Source: Planctomycetota bacterium
GTDB taxonomy: Bacteria; Planctomycetota; UBA1135; UBA2386
Length of the DNA stretch: 64,000 nucleotides
Assembly (NCBI GenBank): GCA_046290465.1
Contig: JBKAGP010000001.1
Span: forward strand, 3,616,001-3,680,000
Direction of reading: 5' to 3'
The position numbers and the translations under genes are program-made. Of the stretch, positions 60,272-64,000 are shown one piece after another (position 1 is the first letter of the stretch; the number at the start of each line of letters is the position of its first letter). The notes below the pieces were generated by a model. The model ran no database searches. It was not told the DNA's origin and was given only the letters and a program-made list of their open reading frames with translations.

Positions 60272-61993
60272 ATGACCACGACCCACGCCCCATTGCTGCC
60301 GATCCTCGCGATCCTGACCCTGGTCGCCGGCATGCCATCCCAGAGCTGGCTTCCTGCGAGCCCGCTGCCCAACTGGAATGCGCCGACCTCGGTTACGACG
60401 CTCGCCTACGACCCGGCGCGCAGTCCGACCCAGAACGGCGCCGACCTGCACGTTGCGCTCGGCGCGCTGCAGCCGGGTGACGGCCTCGCGATCGGCCCGG
60501 GCACGTGGTCGGTGCCCTTCCGGCTCGACCTGTCCATCCAGGCGACGGCGAGCCAGCCGGTGTGGGTATTCGCGAGCGACCCGAACGACCGGCCGGTGAT
60601 CACGCGACCCGACAACCAGCAGAACTGCCTCAACGTCGGCAGCCTCGGCGTATCGCGTTTCCTGGTGCTGCGCGATCTCGAGTTTACCGGCGGCAGCGAC
60701 CTGATCCGCATCTACGACGGCTCGTCGACGTGGATCGACGGCTGCTACCTGCACGATGGCGACGGGGTCGGCATTGCCGTGCAGACCCAATCCTGCACAC
60801 ACCTGTATGTGACGCGCAACGAGATCGCGCGGCCAGGCCCCGGCAATGGCGAGGCGATCTACCTCGGCGGCAACTTCGGCTCGCTGCAGGTCACCGACTC
60901 GGTGGTCGCGTTCAACCATGTGCACGACACGCGCATGGCGGTGCCGGGTCAGGGCGACGGCATCGAGCTCAAGCAGGGCAGCACCCGCAACTGGATCGCG
61001 TGGAACCACGTGCACGACTGCAAGAACCCGTGCATCCTCGTCTACGGCACCGGCGGCGTCGACGAGAACGTGGTCGAGGGCAACCTGTGCTACGACAGTG
61101 ACGATGTCGTGCTACAGGTGCAGGGCGAGGCGATCGTGCGCAACAACGTCGCCATCGGCGGCTCGCGCGCGTTCACCAGCTTTGACCACCAGGGCATCTC
61201 GCAGCACCTGCAGCTGCTGCACAATACGTTCGTCAACGTCGGCCGCGCGTGCGAACTGAGCCGCTGGGGCGGCAGACCGGGCATGGTGTTCGCAAACAAC
61301 GCCTGCTACAGCACCAGCGCGGACAGCCTCTACTATGGCATCGGCGACCAGGGCGTGCTCGCGGCCGGCAACGTGCTGTTCGGCCCCAGCAACCAGACGG
61401 GCACGGGCTATCGGAGCGGCGCCGGGCTGAGTGACTTCGTCGCCGTCGATCCGGCGACCTTTCTGACCGACGCGCGACCGCGTCGGGGCGGTGCGCTCGA
61501 CAACGTCGGGGATCCGGAGTTCGCGCTGCCGCTGGACCTCACGCTGACCGCGCGCCGCCTGCCCGTCGATCCTGGCGCACGCCGCAGCTTGCCAACCCTG
61601 CTCGCCGACGTCGCGACGATTCCGGCTGCGACCGGTGGCGTGCAGACGCTGCAGCTTGCCCTCGGTGCCGGCTACGCCAACCAAACCCACGTACTCGCCG
61701 CGAGCACCAGCGGCACGATGCCGCTCGGCACACCGGCCCTGCTCGAGTTCGCCGGCTTCCACCTGCCGCTGGTGCCGGACTGGCTGTTCGTGCAAGCGAT
61801 CACCGGCCAGGCGCCCAACGCGCTCCCGGGCGGCATCGGCACGCTCGACGCGCAGGGCCGGACCACGGCGCGAGTCGTCGTGCCGGCACTCGGCCCGGCC
61901 GCGGCCGGCCTGACCATCACGGCCTGCATGGCCAGCATGCAGGGCGGCGTGGTCACGCATGTCAGCAATACGGTGACGTTGACGCTGCAGTGA
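60272..61993 (+). CDS. Right-handed parallel beta-helix (pectin lyase-like) secreted protein
   Basis: LQPGD, GEAIYLG, NHVHD, GDGIELK, RNNV repeats. Confidence 0.82.
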   Translation: MTTTHAPLLPILAILTLVAGMPSQSWLPASPLPNWNAPTSVTTLAYDPARSPTQNGADLHVALGALQPGDGLAIGPGTWSVPFRLDLSIQATASQPVWVFASDPNDRPVITRPDNQQNCLNVGSLGVSRFLVLRDLEFTGGSDLIRIYDGSSTWIDGCYLHDGDGVGIAVQTQSCTHLYVTRNEIARPGPGNGEAIYLGGNFGSLQVTDSVVAFNHVHDTRMAVPGQGDGIELKQGSTRNWIAWNHVHDCKNPCILVYGTGGVDENVVEGNLCYDSDDVVLQVQGEAIVRNNVAIGGSRAFTSFDHQGISQHLQLLHNTFVNVGRACELSRWGGRPGMVFANNACYSTSADSLYYGIGDQGVLAAGNVLFGPSNQTGTGYRSGAGLSDFVAVDPATFLTDARPRRGGALDNVGDPEFALPLDLTLTARRLPVDPGARRSLPTLLADVATIPAATGGVQTLQLALGAGYANQTHVLAASTSGTMPLGTPALLEFAGFHLPLVPDWLFVQAITGQAPNALPGGIGTLDAQGRTTARVVVPALGPAAAGLTITACMASMQGGVVTHVSNTVTLTLQ

Positions 61994-62269
61994 GCTGGGG
62001 CGGGGCGGCGATCCAACTCGGGCCACCGCTGCAAGCGGGCGAGCGCCTCAACCATCGCGTCGAGGGCGTTGTCGAAGCCGTCTCCATGAACGGCTCGCTC
62101 CGATCGACCCATTGCGCATCAAGCTGCGAACCGTCTCGGTTGCACCTGGCGTGGGTTGCGGCTCAGAAGCACGAGCGCGACGCAGAACCATGTCGTCTCA
62201 CCGCCTGTCACGCTGAGCTTCGGCACAACGCGTCGACAGTTGCTGCGTGTCGTTGCGCAGCCTGGCTAG

Positions 62270-62776
62270 CTAGGCGAGGACAGGCGTACTCCGCCCCTGT
62301 CGCGTTTTCGACCGCGGCGCAATAGTCACCGCCAACGCTCCTTCGCCAAGCGCCAGACTCCACTGGCACCCCCGCCTCGACACGGCCACGTAGCGGAACG
62401 ACTGCGGCGGCATGAAGCCTGCCCAGGAGTCCCGAATTCGGGAGAGGGGAACTCCCAACTTGAAGCGCCACGCTCTCGCCACCGTGAGCGCGACAGCCTT
62501 CTTTGACCCTTGATAGTAATCTCGAAAACCGCTTCTGGATATCGCCGCACGCCCCCCAAATCGGCTCCAAATCGCGCTTGGTGCGCCAGTCACGATCTCC
62601 CCAACACGGAACGCACCCTCTAACGAGCGGACGCTACCCGTCGCGTAGACGAGAACTAGGCAGCCAGACTCAATCCGCGGCTGCGTGCGCCGCAACTCCA
62701 CGGTCTTGGTCCCTTCGATGATGGCCTCGGCATAGCGAGGCGACAGAGAGAGAAGCAGGGCACGTTCACCGCTCAT
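62270..62776 (-). CDS. ASCH (PUA-like) domain protein
   Basis: LLSLSPRYAEAIIEGTKTVELRR, VLVYAT, PPQSFRY. Confidence 0.88.
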   Translation of the reverse strand: MSGERALLLSLSPRYAEAIIEGTKTVELRRTQPRIESGCLVLVYATGSVRSLEGAFRVGEIVTGAPSAIWSRFGGRAAISRSGFRDYYQGSKKAVALTVARAWRFKLGVPLSRIRDSWAGFMPPQSFRYVAVSRRGCQWSLALGEGALAVTIAPRSKTRQGRSTPVLA

Positions 62777-62787
62777 GAGGACTGCGC

Positions 62788-63999
62788 TCAAGCGCGCTGG
62801 TAGAGATCGAAGAAGATCTCGCTCGAGATTTGCAGAGGACTCTGCAGATTGTTGCGTGAGCAGCCGTGATTCTCCAGGATGCATTGGACTTCGCCGAAGT
62901 CGACTGGGCGCAATAACTCCGTGTGCGAGAAGCGACACGCCATTATCAATGCACCTTCGTCGCCATGAGCAGTCTCAAGGACCTGCTCCCAGCTGTAGAC
63001 GCCAAGTCTCTTGAATTGTTTGAAGAGAACACTTGGCTTGTCGATCTGCACATCCTCAAGAAGCGACGCCGCTCGAATACTGCGTGGTCCCCTACTTACA
63101 TACCAGAGAAGGCGCGCCGGCGCCTTGATCCCCGTCCTAGCAGATCGGTAGTAGACATTCTCCAATGCAAATGCCAGCTCCGGCGGCACACCGAAGAGTG
63201 AATCTGCACCGAGGCGAGTCTCAAACATCGACTCCGCCCACCTCGACTGGATCGGAACAATCCAGTTGTCGATCGACAAATCCCTGAGCTTGCACGGCCA
63301 ATAGGTCTTTTCCATCTGAAGAGATGGATCATTGTCCATTTCCGTCATCGCAGCGACAGGGGGAGATGCCTCTTGGAGCATCGAGCGCGCGCTTTGCGCA
63401 ATGCTTGAGGCGAAGTTCGATTCATGGACCAGGCACTTCCACCAGGATCTCTCCGACCGCGAGAACCCGGCGTCTCGGAGGGCTGCCACGCTGCTATGGC
63501 AAAGCTTGGAATCCGTCACCTGAACCACATGAGAGCCCATCGTGGAAATCAATCCCATGACAGCTCTTCGAGCGACAGTCGGAGCCAACGGCGAACTACT
63601 GACCCGGAAAACAGTCACATCGAGCGATCTACTTCCAATCCCCCTCCAGCCCACGAGCATGATGGGGCTACCGCGAGCGTCGGAGATCTGCTGCAACCTC
63701 GCTGTGCGTGCAGAGGACAACAGTCCGGTGATGGCCCGTCGCAACTCGTATTTCTTCTCGCCAAGGTCCGTCCGAAGGAACGGGGAGACGTGCACGCTCT
63801 CGTCCAACTGACTCGGACGCGCAACGCGCATCAATGAGGACTCGAACCTCGCCGGCTCGTAGTCGGCTTCATTCCCAGCTCTGTCGATCGTGGCGATCAA
63901 CTCTGAAGGCCGCAGAACCTTAACTCCGAACTCCCTATCGATCTCCTCTCGCCACTTAAGCACTGCTTCGTCGCGCGTAGCGAAGAACTTTGCACCGCC
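62788..63999 (-). CDS. Multidomain PIN / GNAT-like / ASCH-PUA protein, 5' part outside the window
   Basis: Frame open to the window end (GGAKFFATRDEAVL, a PIN C-terminal-type motif); C-terminal IVPIQSRWAESMF..ENVYYRS..LLWYVS..FKRLGVY. Confidence 0.7.
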   Translation of the reverse strand, partial: GGAKFFATRDEAVLKWREEIDREFGVKVLRPSELIATIDRAGNEADYEPARFESSLMRVARPSQLDESVHVSPFLRTDLGEKKYELRRAITGLLSSARTARLQQISDARGSPIMLVGWRGIGSRSLDVTVFRVSSSPLAPTVARRAVMGLISTMGSHVVQVTDSKLCHSSVAALRDAGFSRSERSWWKCLVHESNFASSIAQSARSMLQEASPPVAAMTEMDNDPSLQMEKTYWPCKLRDLSIDNWIVPIQSRWAESMFETRLGADSLFGVPPELAFALENVYYRSARTGIKAPARLLWYVSRGPRSIRAASLLEDVQIDKPSVLFKQFKRLGVYSWEQVLETAHGDEGALIMACRFSHTELLRPVDFGEVQCILENHGCSRNNLQSPLQISSEIFFDLYQRA

Positions 64000-64000
64000 C

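Overview
High-GC bacterial DNA, most likely an uncultured Planctomycetota (inferred from 13 secreted PQQ-like/BamB-type beta-propeller paralogues, an FG-GAP protein, a DUF1570-like protein and mqnA). 1-10 kb: secreted and membrane proteins (M28 peptidase, CE15 esterase, TonB receptor, FG-GAP protein). 11.4-33.8 kb: an uncharacterised biosynthetic/transport cluster with a flavin-dependent halogenase, HemN-like radical SAM enzyme, thioesterase, Na+/solute symporter, EhpF-like adenylating enzyme, Glu-less ALDH-fold reductase, Fe-ADH, GT4 and a MacB/LolCDE-type ABC system, interleaved with propellers. 33.8-46.8 kb: a propeller array containing mqnA and a REPIN-like palindrome family. 46.85-48.8 kb: the most unusual non-coding structure, a sigma70 promoter, leader-peptide attenuator, mini-ORF and acceptor-stem-defective tRNA(GTT)-like element upstream of an SPFH/slipin gene. 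50-64 kb: a selenium-type YedE, hipBA with four operator-like palindromes at an exact 61-bp period, a probable selenoprotein (UGPC redoxin with SECIS-like hairpin) that the ORF track splits in two, and a compositionally distinct PIN/GNAT/ASCH + ASCH pair cut by the window edge. All family assignments come from motifs recognised by eye; no database search was run.
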